Below are positions 12,825 to 25,740 of a stretch of 64,000 nt of DNA, one piece after another (the first letter of the stretch is position 1; the number at the start of each line of letters is the position of its first letter). The DNA is from Octopus vulgaris (Eukaryota), in the NCBI GenBank assembly GCA_951406725.2, contig OX597819.1:20336001-20400000 (forward strand), written 5' to 3'. A program made the translations under genes and the position numbers. Below the pieces are notes generated by a model. It searched no databases. It saw only the letters and a list, made by a program, of their open reading frames with translations, and had not been told where the DNA came from.

Positions 12825-12938
12825 AATTTGGGGGCAAGGAGACTAATCGATTATATCCACCCCACTGCATAACTGGTACTTATTTCAGCGACACCGAGAG
12901 GATGAAAGGCAAAGTTGACCTCGGCGGAATTTGAACTC
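12825..12938 (-). mobile_element. Meta-domain-like tRNA SINE fragment, truncated at the B box
   Basis: GAGTTCAAATTCCGCCGAGGTCAACTTTGCCTTTCATCCTCTCGG...AAATAAGTACCAG; same family as 27714-27945. Confidence 0.85.
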
Positions 12939-12939
12939 G

Positions 12940-13051
12940 CAAAGACATAAAATTTAATTAAATCAAAACAGATGGACACATTAGTATAAATTTAGTTAAA
13001 ATTATACTAATATGTCCATCTGTTTTAAATTAGTTAATTTCTATGTCTTTG
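12940..13051. repeat. About 110-nt inverted repeat (hairpin) directly upstream of a hammerhead motif
   Basis: CAAAGACATA...AAAACAGATGGACACATTAGTATAA pairs with TTATACTAATATGTCCATCTGTTTT...TATGTCTTTG. Confidence 0.9.
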
Positions 13052-13137
13052 TGCAGCTGAGGATTGCTCTGCATTTAAATAAATGTAATGGTTGCATTGT
13101 TCAATTAAGTGGAGTTGAGTGAAACGCTTGTACTGCA
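13052..13137 (+). ncRNA. Type-I hammerhead ribozyme with minimal stem III
   Basis: tgcag-CTGAGGA-[stem II gctctgc/gtggagt]-GAAAC-gctt-GTA-ctgca; perfect 5-bp stem I, stem II imperfect next to the core. Confidence 0.75.
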
Positions 13138-13278
13138 TTACCTCTGGATATCCTTACTTATTTTGATTCAAATCACTTTATTTTGAAATTGTATGGATAA
13201 TACAACACTAAATTGTGGTGCCTCAACTCAAGTACCATATTCCTCTGAATCAAAATTTTTGTTTATATGTATATATAT

Positions 13279-13494
13279 GGTGGCACTCCGTCGGTTACAA
13301 AGTCGAGGGTTCCTGTTGATCCGATCAACGGAACAGCTTGCTCAGGAAATTATCGTGCAAGTGCCTGATTACTCCACTGACACGTGTAACCCTTAATATT
13401 GTTCTCGGGTAGGTTCAGACTGACACAGTGTGTAACAAGGCTGGCCCTTTGAAATACAATTATAACAGAAACAGGAAGAAAGTCGGAGGGGAGC

Positions 13495-13535
<41 letters not shown>

Positions 13536-13698
13536 TTGTAGTGAAAGAATACAGAAGGGTTCGCCAACACCCAGGACCAGATCTGTAGCTTTACGTGTTT
13601 TCGCTCAATAAATACTAACAACATCCACTTTGAGTATCGAAACCGCGTCCTCCGATCGCGAGTCTGCTGTCCTAACCACTCAGCCATTGCGCCTCCAC
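13279..13698 (-). mobile_element. tRNA(Arg)-like SINE with internal (CT)n
   Basis: Head GTGGAGGCGCAATGGCTGAGTGGTTAGGACAGCAGACTCGCGATCGGAGGACGCGGTTTCGATAC with A and B boxes; homologous to 61999-62372. Confidence 0.88.
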
Positions 13699-13701
13699 TA
13701 T

Positions 13702-13768
<67 letters not shown>

Positions 13769-16220
13769 CGTGTTTAGTGAGTTCGTGAATTTTGTTAATG
13801 AGTTTAATTGTTTCTGTTGTGTTGTGAGCATTCTAGAAAGAGTGTGTTATTAATTTTGGGGAACATCATAAATTAGGGATGACGCTGCAACTCATGGGAC
13901 ACAGATTTTTCGACATCAAATCCATACAGAATACATCATTTTATTTCACTCAAAAACACCCACCCACCAAGGATGCATTTTGCGTTTTGTATTTCTTCTC
14001 TGCTAATCATGCAGTTCCCATATTTCCTAGAGGTGCTTTGAAGTTAGTAGGCATTTCCCAGTTTAGATCCCCACCAAAATAGAAGTCTGTTTGCTCCTCA
14101 CATCACTGGTAGTGTTCATCACCATTGAAGCATCAAAGAAGCAAATTTCTCCTTTTCTTATTCACAAAACTATATCCAACCGGATCCACATACAATTCTG
14201 CTTAAGTCAGTTAGCTCGGATTTCATAATAAACACGACCCATATTGATATTCCCAATATAATAGCAACGGTAAATTTATCAATCTTGTTCCTCTGAGTAA
14301 ATTAGAAAATGATAAATTAAGATTTCTATGCGAAAGAAATGTTTCATATAATATGCATTTCCATAGCTCTCTGCATTAATACGTGTGAATTTCATTGTTT
14401 GTATGTGCACGTCTGGTTAAATGCTTACCAATACTTATGTATATATGCATTTGTGCGCTTATGTATGTGTGTGAATATGTGTGTATCTGTGTGTGTGTCT
14501 GTGCATGTGTGTGTGTGTGTAGTTTAGGCGTCTGTTATTGAGTGCTTAGTGGCGGTTAATATGATACTCCTTTCGTTCTTAAGAAAGTGTGTGTTCGTGT
14601 TTGTGTAAGTGTGCGTTTGTGTGTAGGAGTGTACGTATGTTTTTTTGCGCGCGATTATATATGCTTGACAATCGTTATGTGATTTTCTATAGTGAAGTGT
14701 GAAATACAAATTGTGATATATATTTAAATGTAATAAATGACAGTTATGATTGATAAAAGAGACACTTGGGAGAAAAAGAAAAAAAAATTATTATCCTCAA
14801 ATGAAAATCAATTAAGAGTCCGTCAACGCATAAAAGAAGATACGATTTAGTCACTGACGTACAAGGGAAAGTCCTAATAATAGAAAGAATATGGGAATAA
14901 ATGTTTAAGCAAATACAATCGTCTATTATAATCATTTATATTTCAATCTGACTCCAAGTAAATTAGGCCGAAAATAATCTGCAATGAAGAAAGGTTACTG
15001 ATGTTATGGCTGAAGCAACTTTGTTTTGACAAGTTGCATTATTTGAGGCAAGCACGAATTATCTGCTCTTTCTATCAACTAAAAATCTAACTATAGTCTA
15101 ATGTTGTGTCGCTGCCAACGTGTCTTTGGGCATTTGCCTATTTGGCTCCGTTCGCTTTAGGGATTAAGAAAGGTATTTCAAACATTAAGAGACAGAAAAT
15201 AGACATGTAAGTTTACGAGTGGGAAGCTAAAATGTTTCTTCGTTCTCTGTTTATTTCCTATTTGTCATAAGTTTTCTATATTTAGCAAGGTAGATATAAA
15301 CAGATAAATCTGGAGAGAGATGTGTGGAGATGTGTGTAAGTGTGGAGGTAGTCAGGTAAGTGTGAATGTCCATGTGTGGTATGTTTGTGTAGTTGCGATG
15401 TTTTGTATATTTAAATATTCCTTACACTGATGTTGGTGACTTGGCGATTTACAGATGCACTCTTAAACGTGAATGGCTTCTAGAGTAGATCTGAATTCAC
15501 TGACTAGAGACGGTGAAATAGTCATCTGTTTAGCAGTGATTAAAATGACGAGTCATTCAACAAATACAGCTATAACGATTTGGTTGTTGAGTATTGGATG
15601 AATAATCAATAGGCTGAACTCGCTGTTGTAAATAGGGACATAACCACGCATTTCTGTCTCGATTCCTTTGTTTCAAACAACTTGATCGTCACTAGAAAAG
15701 TGACCCGTTATGGGACCAATCTCTCTTTTAGAATTAGCTCATATTCCTCCCTAATAAGCCATCCCAATGTCTTAAAAATATGAAAACAAAAACACTTTGC
15801 ATTATGTAATCTTGGAAATTTCATGCCTGTACAAAGAAAAAAAAATTAAACAGTGTAAGAAAATAGCGCAAAAGTTCTTTGTTGGGGTGCCACGGAGATG
15901 TATATGTAAGATAAAATTCAATAACGAATTAAAAGCAATACTGCTGTTGTAATACCCCTCGACCGAGCATACTTAATGTGTTTTATTTGTTCGCAGGGTT
16001 GCGAAGGTATAGCACCTGGGAGACGACTCTCTCTTAAATCTTGGTGTTCAGACATGTGAATGTCATAGAGAGACGAAACATTTCCACTTCGATCGTATTC
16101 AGGAGTGTTAAATATCGATATTTCGCCATTTTTGTGGCTTCTCAACACCACGTGCCTGATTGAACATGGAACGAATCAAATCAGTAGTCTATGACTTTAT
16201 TTATTTATTTATTATATTAA

Positions 16221-16349
16221 GGGCTTACTACACGTAAATGCCTTACGCTATGAGGAACAATTTACCATAATAATGTGTTTAAGGGACGGCTTCCAAGTTG
16301 CTTTACCTCGCTGTCGGTATACTGGGGTATTTACGTGTAAGAAATACCC
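16221..16349. mobile_element. 129-bp MITE with GGG...CCC termini flanked by TTAA (Kolobok- or PIF/Harbinger-like)
   Basis: TTAA|GGGCTTACTACACGTAAATGCC ... GGTATTTACGTGTAAGAAATACCC|TTAA. Confidence 0.65.
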
Positions 16350-16439
16350 TTAATATAACATGCATTTTAAAGGAATAATTACAATTTTTTCATTTATATA
16401 GCTTTTCATGCTAACGTGATAAATTCTTATATATATTTC

Positions 16440-16595
16440 ATCCTACATTATTTACAATTGACGATATTTGTCCTCACCATCTTTGTTGTTAACACAACGT
16501 TTCGGCTGATATACCTTCCAGCCTTCATCATGTGTCTTGTGGAAATTATGAACCTGGGTTCTCATTTCTAAGGTATTTTTCGATATTATTAACAC
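16440..16595 (-). mobile_element. Hammerhead-bearing 3' module of a short repeat (degenerate ribozyme at 16491-16536)
   Basis: Minus: ...GAGAACCCAGGTTCATAATTTCCACAA-gacac-ATGATGA-aggctgg aaggtata tcagcc-GAAAC-GTT-gtgtt; downstream sequence matches 2400-2460. Confidence 0.75.
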
Positions 16596-16613
16596 TATTA
16601 CTATTATGGTTGC

Positions 16614-16697
<84 letters not shown>

Positions 16698-16715
16698 TAT
16701 TATTATTATTATTAT
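16596..16715. repeat. (TTA)n microsatellite
   Basis: Read directly. Confidence 0.95.
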
Positions 16716-17470
16716 TTCCTCTTTATTACAGGTGTTGTTGGAGCTCTGGGCGTCTTGCATACGTAGTGGGCTTATTACCTGAAGCCTACCGTACCAGGCT
16801 ATTCGTTCCGTTTCAGCTACTTGGTAGTTTCCTGATTATTCTGGCCGTGTCCAGTAGGCAAAATGTTTGTAACAGTTCTACTGGGCATGTTTTCCAATTT
16901 CCTTTATATTTCTCTCGATGCCTTCTGATACTGCTCCCAAGGACCCAACAGTACTTGGTACTGTCTACACCTTCCTCATTTTCCATAACCGGGCTGTATT
17001 TTATTTAAGAGGATTATATCTATCTCTCTGTTCCCTTTCATTCTTGACCATTCATGGGTCAAATGATCATGCAACATGAACTAACTAGCATATGTGCTGC
17101 ACCTTCTCCATCACCGCTATGTCAGGTCTGTAATGCTCTAGCACCTAATTTGTTTGGATTGGAAAATCCCAGGGGATTTTGCCAGTCTGCTTCACTGCTA
17201 CTGCCGGCGGTTTGTGCTCATAACACGTCGTGCTTCTCTCTAGCCCCCACCTTTTACACATTTTCCAGTGATGCCCTTTCGCTACCTGGTGGTATCACCA
17301 CACCTTGTAGGGATTTGGGGAGTGTCTAGGGCATCCTTTCATGATATGGGCAATGATTCTCTCCTCTATTGCAGATGCGGCATAGCGGAAACACTTGCTC
17401 ATTCCTAAGTTTGACCCTCCAGTTCGTAGCCAAAACTTTGTCTTATGCTGCCGGTATAGAGCTCTCGGCC
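16716..17470 (-). mobile_element. Degenerate R4/Dong-type LINE 3' fragment flanked by (TTA)n on both sides
   Basis: PVELLQTFCLLDTARIIRKL C-terminal motif; 3' UTR shared with 39812-39985; further (TTA)n at 17485-17599. Confidence 0.75.
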
Positions 17471-17481
17471 TCTTTTTTTAT

Positions 17482-17600
<119 letters not shown>

Positions 17601-20600
17601 ATTTATTTAAAGAAAATTGTTTTTCCTAAAACGAAGGAAATTCTAAATTATTAAATTCCCTTTTACATCAACAGTTTGTCGCAGCTATTATTATTCCCTC
17701 GTATCGAATCACAATTCAATTTTCTCACGTCTCTCCTTAGGAGTTGCGCACATCAAAACCATTATCGAAATATATTTACACTTACCAGGTCAGCTGTTCC
17801 TTCCCTGATGTAGAATAGTTTTTCTGACAACAACCGGAAGTACTCGTGACGTTGAATATTCGTCAAATATATTCAGAAACCATTAGATTTGTACAGGGAT
17901 GAACATTCTCCCTTTTAAATATATGAAAGAAACAATTTGTTACGAATGCAAAATTTGTATTTATAACATTCATTGAAGGGTTTCAAAATGTCTAATTCAG
18001 ATGTGAAGCAAACGGGAAATTCTTGACTTGTCATCATTTTTGATGTTCATATTTTCTGCACCACTAGACTGAATTAATATAATTGAGAACATTAATCCCG
18101 AGAGAAGAGATTTCCACAAAATGGATTTGATATATATTTCCTATGATGTTTCTAAAAATACTTATTGTCCTTTTCATGGACATTCAAAGTAAATACAACT
18201 TTTACAATTCGTTAAAAGATGGCGGATTGTAATAGAGATATTCTGTTAGAAATCATAGCAATTATGTTGCGCCTGAAAGCAGACATCAACGATAGAGCTC
18301 AATCAAGTTTCTATTGTATAGAGTCTACCTGTAAGTAATGTTGCCTTTGTCGTATAACGAAATGACCTGGAATTGACTTGAAGTCATAGAATGTGTTAAG
18401 AAAGATTGAGAACAAATAGGAACGATTTCAAAATATACCATGCGAGAGTTATCACAGAATTTCACCTTCTGATATGTTTACGCTTATGAATTCGAATAAA
18501 AGATGCAATGACAGATATTCAGTGAAGTAGTTAGTTTCTTCAATGGTAATGCAATATGTGATGGAAAGGAAATTCCCATTACTGGACATGTTATATTTAG
18601 GGAGGGCAAAAAGTGTTTGTGTGTGTGTGTGTGTGTGTGTGTTAAGATAGATAAATACTTAAGTACAGAGAAAGACAAATATTTGCAAAATACAACTCGC
18701 CGCACCCTATATATTGGCGTAAAGAAACTCTCCGTTGCCAGATAGATTACGAGTTTATCGTAAGATGCTCACATTGGCAGAGTTAGATGTAACTTAGAAT
18801 ACAACGACTATAATCCAAAATTACAGAATCATTGGATAGTGTAATCATTCATAAACCTTACGGAAAGCGAAATCTAGAAAAAAACTCTTTCTCCTCGATG
18901 ATAATTCTCTCGCCATACGACAGCGGGATTCACCAGTTGAATGTGCTTTATGGTAAAACTTCAACGTCAAGAATACCATAAACTAAACTAGCAATAACAC
19001 TCTAAAAGAGCCACGAGTTAGCGACCTCTCTACTTGCAAGAAATATGCGCTAAACATATTTCAACAGATCATTCTTATGCCGTCGTACAAAATACATGAA
19101 ATATTCGAAATATATTCTTTAAAATTTCATGTCATCAAACAAAAAGTGGTTGAGGTGATTTGAATATCTTCGATTATTAGTCAGAGATATCAGTCTTAAT
19201 CTGTCACTAAAACAGAACCATCCTCTACACTTGCAAATGTTACATTCACTTTTCTCCATCACCTTTATTTCCCTTCCTTATTTCTCCATCCTCTGAACCT
19301 TCCTTCCTTATTTAAATCTTAATTCACACACGGTCTCCAGATTATTAAAAATTCGTTTTCTTCCTTGAAAATGGTAATTTATGTTTCTTTTAATTTGCCA
19401 AAATTGATATTCAATTCTCCGGAAAATGACACCTTTAATCCAATGTTATTGATTTGCTGTGGTTTTTTAAAGCCACAAATCAGCTGTGATCGACAATTTA
19501 ATAATGATCAGTTCATATTCCTTTCAGACAGAGTGCATCGCGAACGTAATTATCGGATATGTGTTTCTTTTCTTTTTTCAAAGAATTGCGGAGTGGTTTT
19601 GATGAGATTAACTCCTTTTAATTGAGGTATGAACGACCGTGTGAAGTAGACTGGTCTCCGTCGTTTCAAACGTTTTACTCCAAAGGTGGCTGTCGCATTA
19701 GAATTTTGATAAAACTCGTTCTGGTATTTTTCAGCAGAGGTTGGGAGTTGAGAGATATACAACTTCTATTCACACATTTCAAGAGAGAATATATTCATCA
19801 TAACTCTTTGCTTTACTCATATATTTAAAATGAAAAGAAAACCACTAGATAATACCGTAGCGAAGGGGCGAAGCGTTATGGTTTGTGTGTTACATTCAAG
19901 ATTAGATTTCATTTCCAGAGCCATTCAGCAGTAAAAATGGAAACTTACGAAGTATTTTGAGTCCCTCTTCGAGGAGTTATTGTGTGACGAATCACATATT
20001 TAACATGGAAAATGTGGCTAATGGACGCTGAATGCTGGGTCTCGTGACAGTACTTACTATATTATCTTGAAATTAAGACGCTCCCTTGACAACAAAGTGT
20101 GTTCCATTCCATCCTAGTTTGTCACACATTGGGCAATTGTCTCCTATCATAGGCTTACTTCAATTGAAGTCGTGTGTTTCAATTATTAAAGCTTATGTGG
20201 TGAAATAAATGCACAACGTCGTGAGAAACACAGCGTATATCCATCTATAGATACGTGCCTCAGGTTATACCACATAACCAGGATTCATTAGTTGCTCTGA
20301 CAATTTATTTAGATTTTTACCGAATACACTTAGATATGAATCGAACCTTACTGGTGTGCGAAATCAAGAGTCCACAAGTATACAATGTCAAACAAATAAT
20401 AAAATTACAGGAAAACTCTGTATAATAAGAAGTTTCATAGTTACCGGTCTGTTTATATTTATTTACAAACAGAAACGCTGGTCAGGATAATTGAGACGTA
20501 AACGAGGGAGTAAACAATGTGAAAACTGGAACGAACCAGATCAATTTTGCTCTGTATGTTCAAACGAGTACATATGGGAATTCAGGGATTTTTTTGTCTG

Positions 20601-20718
20601 AGGCTCAATCACGGCGTATTCGTCTCGACTAAGCTTACGGCCATCATACGTCATTTTAAATAGCTATTCGAAAAGTTGTTAATGGAGGGAGTTGAAGCAC
20701 ACGGACTCATACATAGAT

Positions 20719-21203
20719 ACAGTGGATGTTAACATAAAGCTGAATAGCAGTGAAAAAGAGAACACCTATGCTGAACTATTGGAAAATCTGAAGTTACACT
20801 ATCCAGATTACAAGTTCACGTTTATACCTGTAATTATGTGTGCTCTGAGATATGTAAAACACTGCCTAAATACCAATCTTGATAAATTAGGCTTTCTCAA
20901 AAGCAGTAGCGACAAAGCTAATTCGAAGACTAGAGATCGAATCCATCACTGGAACTGTGAATATTTGTAAAGCTTTCCAGGCGTTTATCATTTAAATATA
21001 TATGAGCATATCTTTATATGTAACTATACGCATGGGCATACATAGATTAAACATACAAATCTGCACATATATACATGCCTGTATGCACACATACAAAAAT
21101 ACCCTGTTGTTGATGTTGAAATTCCAATGAAGGAACATTGGATCTAGGTTAGAGACCGGTCCTTTCTCTATTGGCAAGAAATCTTGAAATAAACTGAATA
21201 AAG
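20719..21203 (+). mobile_element. RLE-type LINE 3' fragment (different family) in a CATA-repeat context
   Basis: VDVNIKLNSSEKENTYAELLENLKLHYPDYKFTFIPVIMCALRYV...LDKLGF matches the RLE C-terminal K..KY..L....IPVIIGALG pattern; 3' UTR ends at GACATAC. Confidence 0.75.
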
Positions 21204-21337
21204 ACATACCTACAAATAAATACATATATACATACATACTCAACGAAAAATACAGAGGACTGAAACAGATACTATAAGACATTGCACCACGTGTTTTAAA
21301 AATATCCTATGCTATGTATCATATGTGAGTGTACGTG

Positions 21338-21368
<31 letters not shown>

Positions 21369-21907
21369 GTGTATGTGTGTGTGCATGTGCAAGCGAATGT
21401 ATGCCTGTAATGTGCACACGTATATTTGTCTATATAAAGACATCTGCTTCATTTTTCAATGCATAAAGATAATAAAAACTGTGTTGGCAATATATATATA
21501 CAAATATACGCACACAAACACATATATATCGAACATGAATAAAGACATACCTATATGCGTCTGCGTTGAAGGGCATGTTTTATATATATATATATATATG
21601 TGTGTGTCTCTGTGTGAGTGCGTGTATGTATGCGTGTTTGTGCCTTTTTGTGCGTGTATAAATTTACGTATGTAAAGAGAAAAAGCTAAAAATGGTCATT
21701 GCTAGTGCAAGAAAAATTCATAGAGTCTGTGAGATATTAGAAAAATATGACGGACATTTACTTGGCGAGACATTATACTTTTTTTTTCTTTTCGTTTTCG
21801 CCTTCTCTTGTATAAATATTTTCTGCAACACGTTTCTCGGTCACCGGTGCAACTTGCTTTCTTCTCTTCAAACTATATATATGTATGTATATATATATAT
21901 ACATATA

Positions 21908-21963
<56 letters not shown>

Positions 21964-21993
21964 TCACATGTGTGTACATATATATATGTACAC

Positions 21994-22078
<85 letters not shown>

Positions 22079-23058
22079 GAAATCAATTAAACACCACCAA
22101 CGATAGAAAAATATCAAATTACTTGTTTATGGATTTGCCAACTCCTCCATCCAATGCTAATAACTTTCTTATTAATTGTTCCCAATTTAGCTCTTTAGAT
22201 ATTTGCCAACATTTAACACTACACTCTTTAGATTATCAATTGACAAGTAACAATATTTGCCATAGATTTACGCGATCAAGTTGAAAAAAGTTTTCTTTTA
22301 TGAGTTTACTAATTTTTATTTATTCTTTTATAAAGTGCTTCTTTTAAGTATTTTGTGTACAACGCGTTTCATGTAATTTTTACAATTAATTATGGTTAGA
22401 TTTTTATGCTTATTTTTATTTCGATAGACATAAGCCTATATCCTTTTATAAAAGTCGTGGTCATATTTGGTGTTCATTCTATATCCTGGCTTCTTTCGTG
22501 GTGCATAATGTGTGAAAATATTTCGTCTGATAGCGCTGAACTTCTCAAATTTACGACGAGAGTGAAATTATGTAGAGGGTTGTTTCTACCTGGAATGGTT
22601 AGAGCGGAAAAGATTTGCTTGTAAAATTATATTATTTTTTGAATAGACATACTGAACTGTTGAAGAAACTTGTAAACAAAAACTGAAGCCATGGCCTATA
22701 TAATTCTATTTAGTATCATGTATTTTTGCAAAGTGGTTGTTTACAGATTACCGAGTAAATTTTCACTAATGTAGTTCATAGGCGAGGACAGCTGGGACAA
22801 TAATGAGTTAGAGGCCATTCCGTTTTAGTAAATAATGCACTATATTAACTTGTTAGGATATTGATTCCGAAGGAACTAGCAAGTAAACGAACACATTCAT
22901 TCACCAACCAAGATATCTTTGACATATATATATATACATATATATACATATATATATATATAAGCTCAGCGAAATTTAGATTCAAATGAATATGGTACTT
23001 AAGTTAGATGCACACGAATTTTGAATGGTGTTATCCATATAAATCCACGGGGTGTTTG

Positions 23059-23372
23059 TAATCAAAATAAGCAACAGGAATAACTTTGGTAATTTGGTAC
23101 GATCGTTTCGCACTACATCAGTTGAGTCAGTTGATAAACTCCACTACCTTAAATGTTCTAAAAATTTTTAATCACCATCTTTGTATATATATCAACCTTC
23201 TATATAAGGTTATCACTTGATATGAAAATTATGTATTTATGGAAATCCTCTATTAATGGCTGATGAGTGCTCAGCATTTTAAAATTGTTGTAATGCTTAC
23301 AACATTTAATAAAATGATGTAGTGCGAAACGATGGTACCAAATTACCAAAGTTATTCTTGTTGCTTATTTTG

Positions 23373-23376
<4 letters not shown>
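23059..23376 (+). mobile_element. Penelope-type non-autonomous unit: inverted terminal segment (23059-23120) plus hammerhead-bearing pseudo-LTR
   Basis: 23059-23120 is the reverse complement of about 23315-23376 with few mismatches; TATATAA near 23201 precedes the ribozyme. Confidence 0.7.
23257..23340 (+). ncRNA. Type-I hammerhead ribozyme with minimal stem III
   Basis: tgg-CTGATGA-gtgct...(tgttgtaa tgc ttacaaca)...agtgc-GAAAC-gatg-GTA-cca. Confidence 0.82.
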
Positions 23377-23437
<61 letters not shown>

Positions 23438-23459
23438 TAAGCAACAAGAATAACTTTAA

Positions 23460-23509
<50 letters not shown>

Positions 23510-23871
23510 AGAGAGAGAGAGAGAAAGAGAAAGAGAGAGAGAGATGTAGATATCGAAATATAAATATAGATAAGTTGACGTAAACAGGAGAAATAGAACA
23601 CAAAATATATGTATACTTATATGGATGTTTAGCAGAAGTGGCAGTGTGACGCAAGGACCGGACGTTTCATGCGATGGCATGTACCAAATTAGTTGCATGT
23701 GGAAAAATCTGTGTGTTCATATAGCTATACATACACTGCTGTATAAATTCTTGACCCGTGACTAGTTTAATAAGTGCCATTACACGAAATTCTCGGACTT
23801 TGAGTCTGTATGTATATATGTATGTGTATATATATGTATATATGTATATGTGTGTGTATAATAAGTATACA

Positions 23872-23953
<82 letters not shown>

Positions 23954-24124
23954 AGCACAAAACCCAACACGTCATTCTCTCTCTGTTTATATCCTGTTCA
24001 TCCTTTCTGTCGAAGTGCGTAGACTCGAAATGTAAGACTCACCGAGCGTCAAAAACTTGCTTGTTGTTCGTACACCGATGTCAGCCTTTGTTTTTGCATG
24101 AATTTGGACTGCGTGTGTATGTGT

Positions 24125-24169
<45 letters not shown>

Positions 24170-24173
<4 letters not shown>

Positions 24174-25138
24174 GGTTAATCCCATAAATAATACTGTTTA
24201 TTTCTTTTATTTTTCAAAATTAAAATAAAGTTCCTTTTTAATCTAAAATTTACTCTCTCTCTCTCTCTCATTTTGGACAATGCTCGTTCATCTATCTGCT
24301 GGGCTTGAAAGGCTCATCTTCAGAAATTCACTTGTCTGTGACGAAAAATACTACTCTAGTTCTGTTCTGACCTCGTCCAGAGAATTTCCGTCGAAATGAT
24401 TTTGAAGACTGCAAAATAAATAATAATCAGAAGAGGCATCGTTTCCCATTCAAACTGCTCTAGATTTTCGAATGCCATCGTCGATGTATGTAGCCGAGCA
24501 TTATCCTGATGGATGAGCACCTTTCCTCTTGCAACCAAAGACGGTCCTTTTTCTTCAAGCTCTCGCTTAAATCGCTCCAGCTGCTCGCAGTTTGGTTTAA
24601 ATGTTCAGAGTGGATAACACCTTTCACATCCCACCAAACAGAAACCAACACAATACGTGGTTGACCAAATCCAAACATCCCTGGTAGTAGCTTAACAATT
24701 ATGATCGGATTTGGTTCCCCTAGCGTTTACAGGATTTCCTCGTTGAAGTTTACAGATTTCCCAGGAGAAGGCTCATCTCCTGGTTTGTAGTTTCCGGCTC
24801 GGAATTACTGGAACCACTATTTACACGGGTTTACTCCAATTGTCCGGTCGCAATATACAGCATTGATACACCTCGCACTTTCCGTTGCGTTGTTGCCTTC
24901 ATTGAAATTTTAAAGCAAAATATGGCGAATATATCCCCTTTTTACTTCCATTATAACTATGAAAAATAACACTTAAAGTCGAACTGCACTTTTAAGTCGT
25001 TGCACCAAGAATAAGAACAAGGTTAAATTACAACCTACCTGCTTTAGAGCAACTTGGCGCAGGTAGTTGGTCTCGTCCCCACTCGGGCCTTTACTCCATA
25101 CAATTGAAAAACCGTGTTAGTTTTGGCTTGATTCAATA
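24170..25138 (-). mobile_element. Mariner DNA transposon, internally deleted transposase pseudogene with degenerate TIRs and TA flanks
   Basis: MEVKRGYIRHILL*NFNEGNNATESARCINAVY...WFQ*FRAGNY..GDEPSPG; VLVSVWWDVKGVIHSEHL; VLIHQDNARLHT. Confidence 0.9.
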
Positions 25139-25369
25139 TATACATACATACATACTTACTTATTTATATATTTATACATATATATATATATATATATATA
25201 CATATATACACATACATTTATATATATATATACCTATACCTATATCTATTCATAAATACATATACGTATATATGTACGTATATATAGACAGAGAGGAAGA
25301 GAAGGAAAAATACATACGTACATGCATGCATAAATATGTGCATATATATATATATATAAGTATATGAAA

Positions 25370-25740
25370 GAATAGAGTTGAACGACTAGTTAACAAATAT
25401 CCTTTTTCTCGACATATGTTTCGAAGGCTGCATATTCCTAATTCCGAAGGAATAAGGAGTACATTATGCAGATTTCTCATCAGGAAAATCAAGGAACTTA
25501 TGTCGACATCAAAATGCACAAAAAACTTTTAGCTGACCGCTCTGAAGGAGCCCATGGCGATAATGAGATTCTCTTTATAAGGAGTGACGTCAGAGTGGCT
25601 GAATGTAGAAAAATCTAGAAGGTTCTAAAGGTTCAAGGGTTCAAACGAAGTAGGAGGAGGGAAGCATAAGAAGAGTAAGGTGAGAGAGTGCAGGTCAAAA
25701 GAATGATGGGTTTAAATGATTTCTTTTATGAATGAGTGCC
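25370..25740 (-). mobile_element. Penelope-like pseudo-LTR (promoter motifs plus hammerhead)
   Basis: TGACGTCA (25585-25592) followed on the minus strand by TATAAAG (25573-25579), about 85 nt upstream of the ribozyme; boundaries approximate. Confidence 0.6.
25406..25488 (-). ncRNA. Type-I hammerhead ribozyme with palindromic stem III (ACATATGT) and GUC cleavage site
   Basis: Minus: ttttc-CTGATGA-gaaatctgcata...tatgcagccttc-GAAAC-atat-GTC-gagaa. Confidence 0.88.

Noticed and set aside
19450-19483. Histone stem-loop-like GGTTTTTTAAAGCCACA
   Set aside because: Two nucleotides short of the 16-nt consensus, and no histone ORF upstream.
24004-24038. CTGTCGA-agtgcgtagactc-GAAATGTA (a similar motif occurs near 29504)
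   Set aside because: Probably decayed minimal hammerheads, but core and stem II mutations prevent a supported call.
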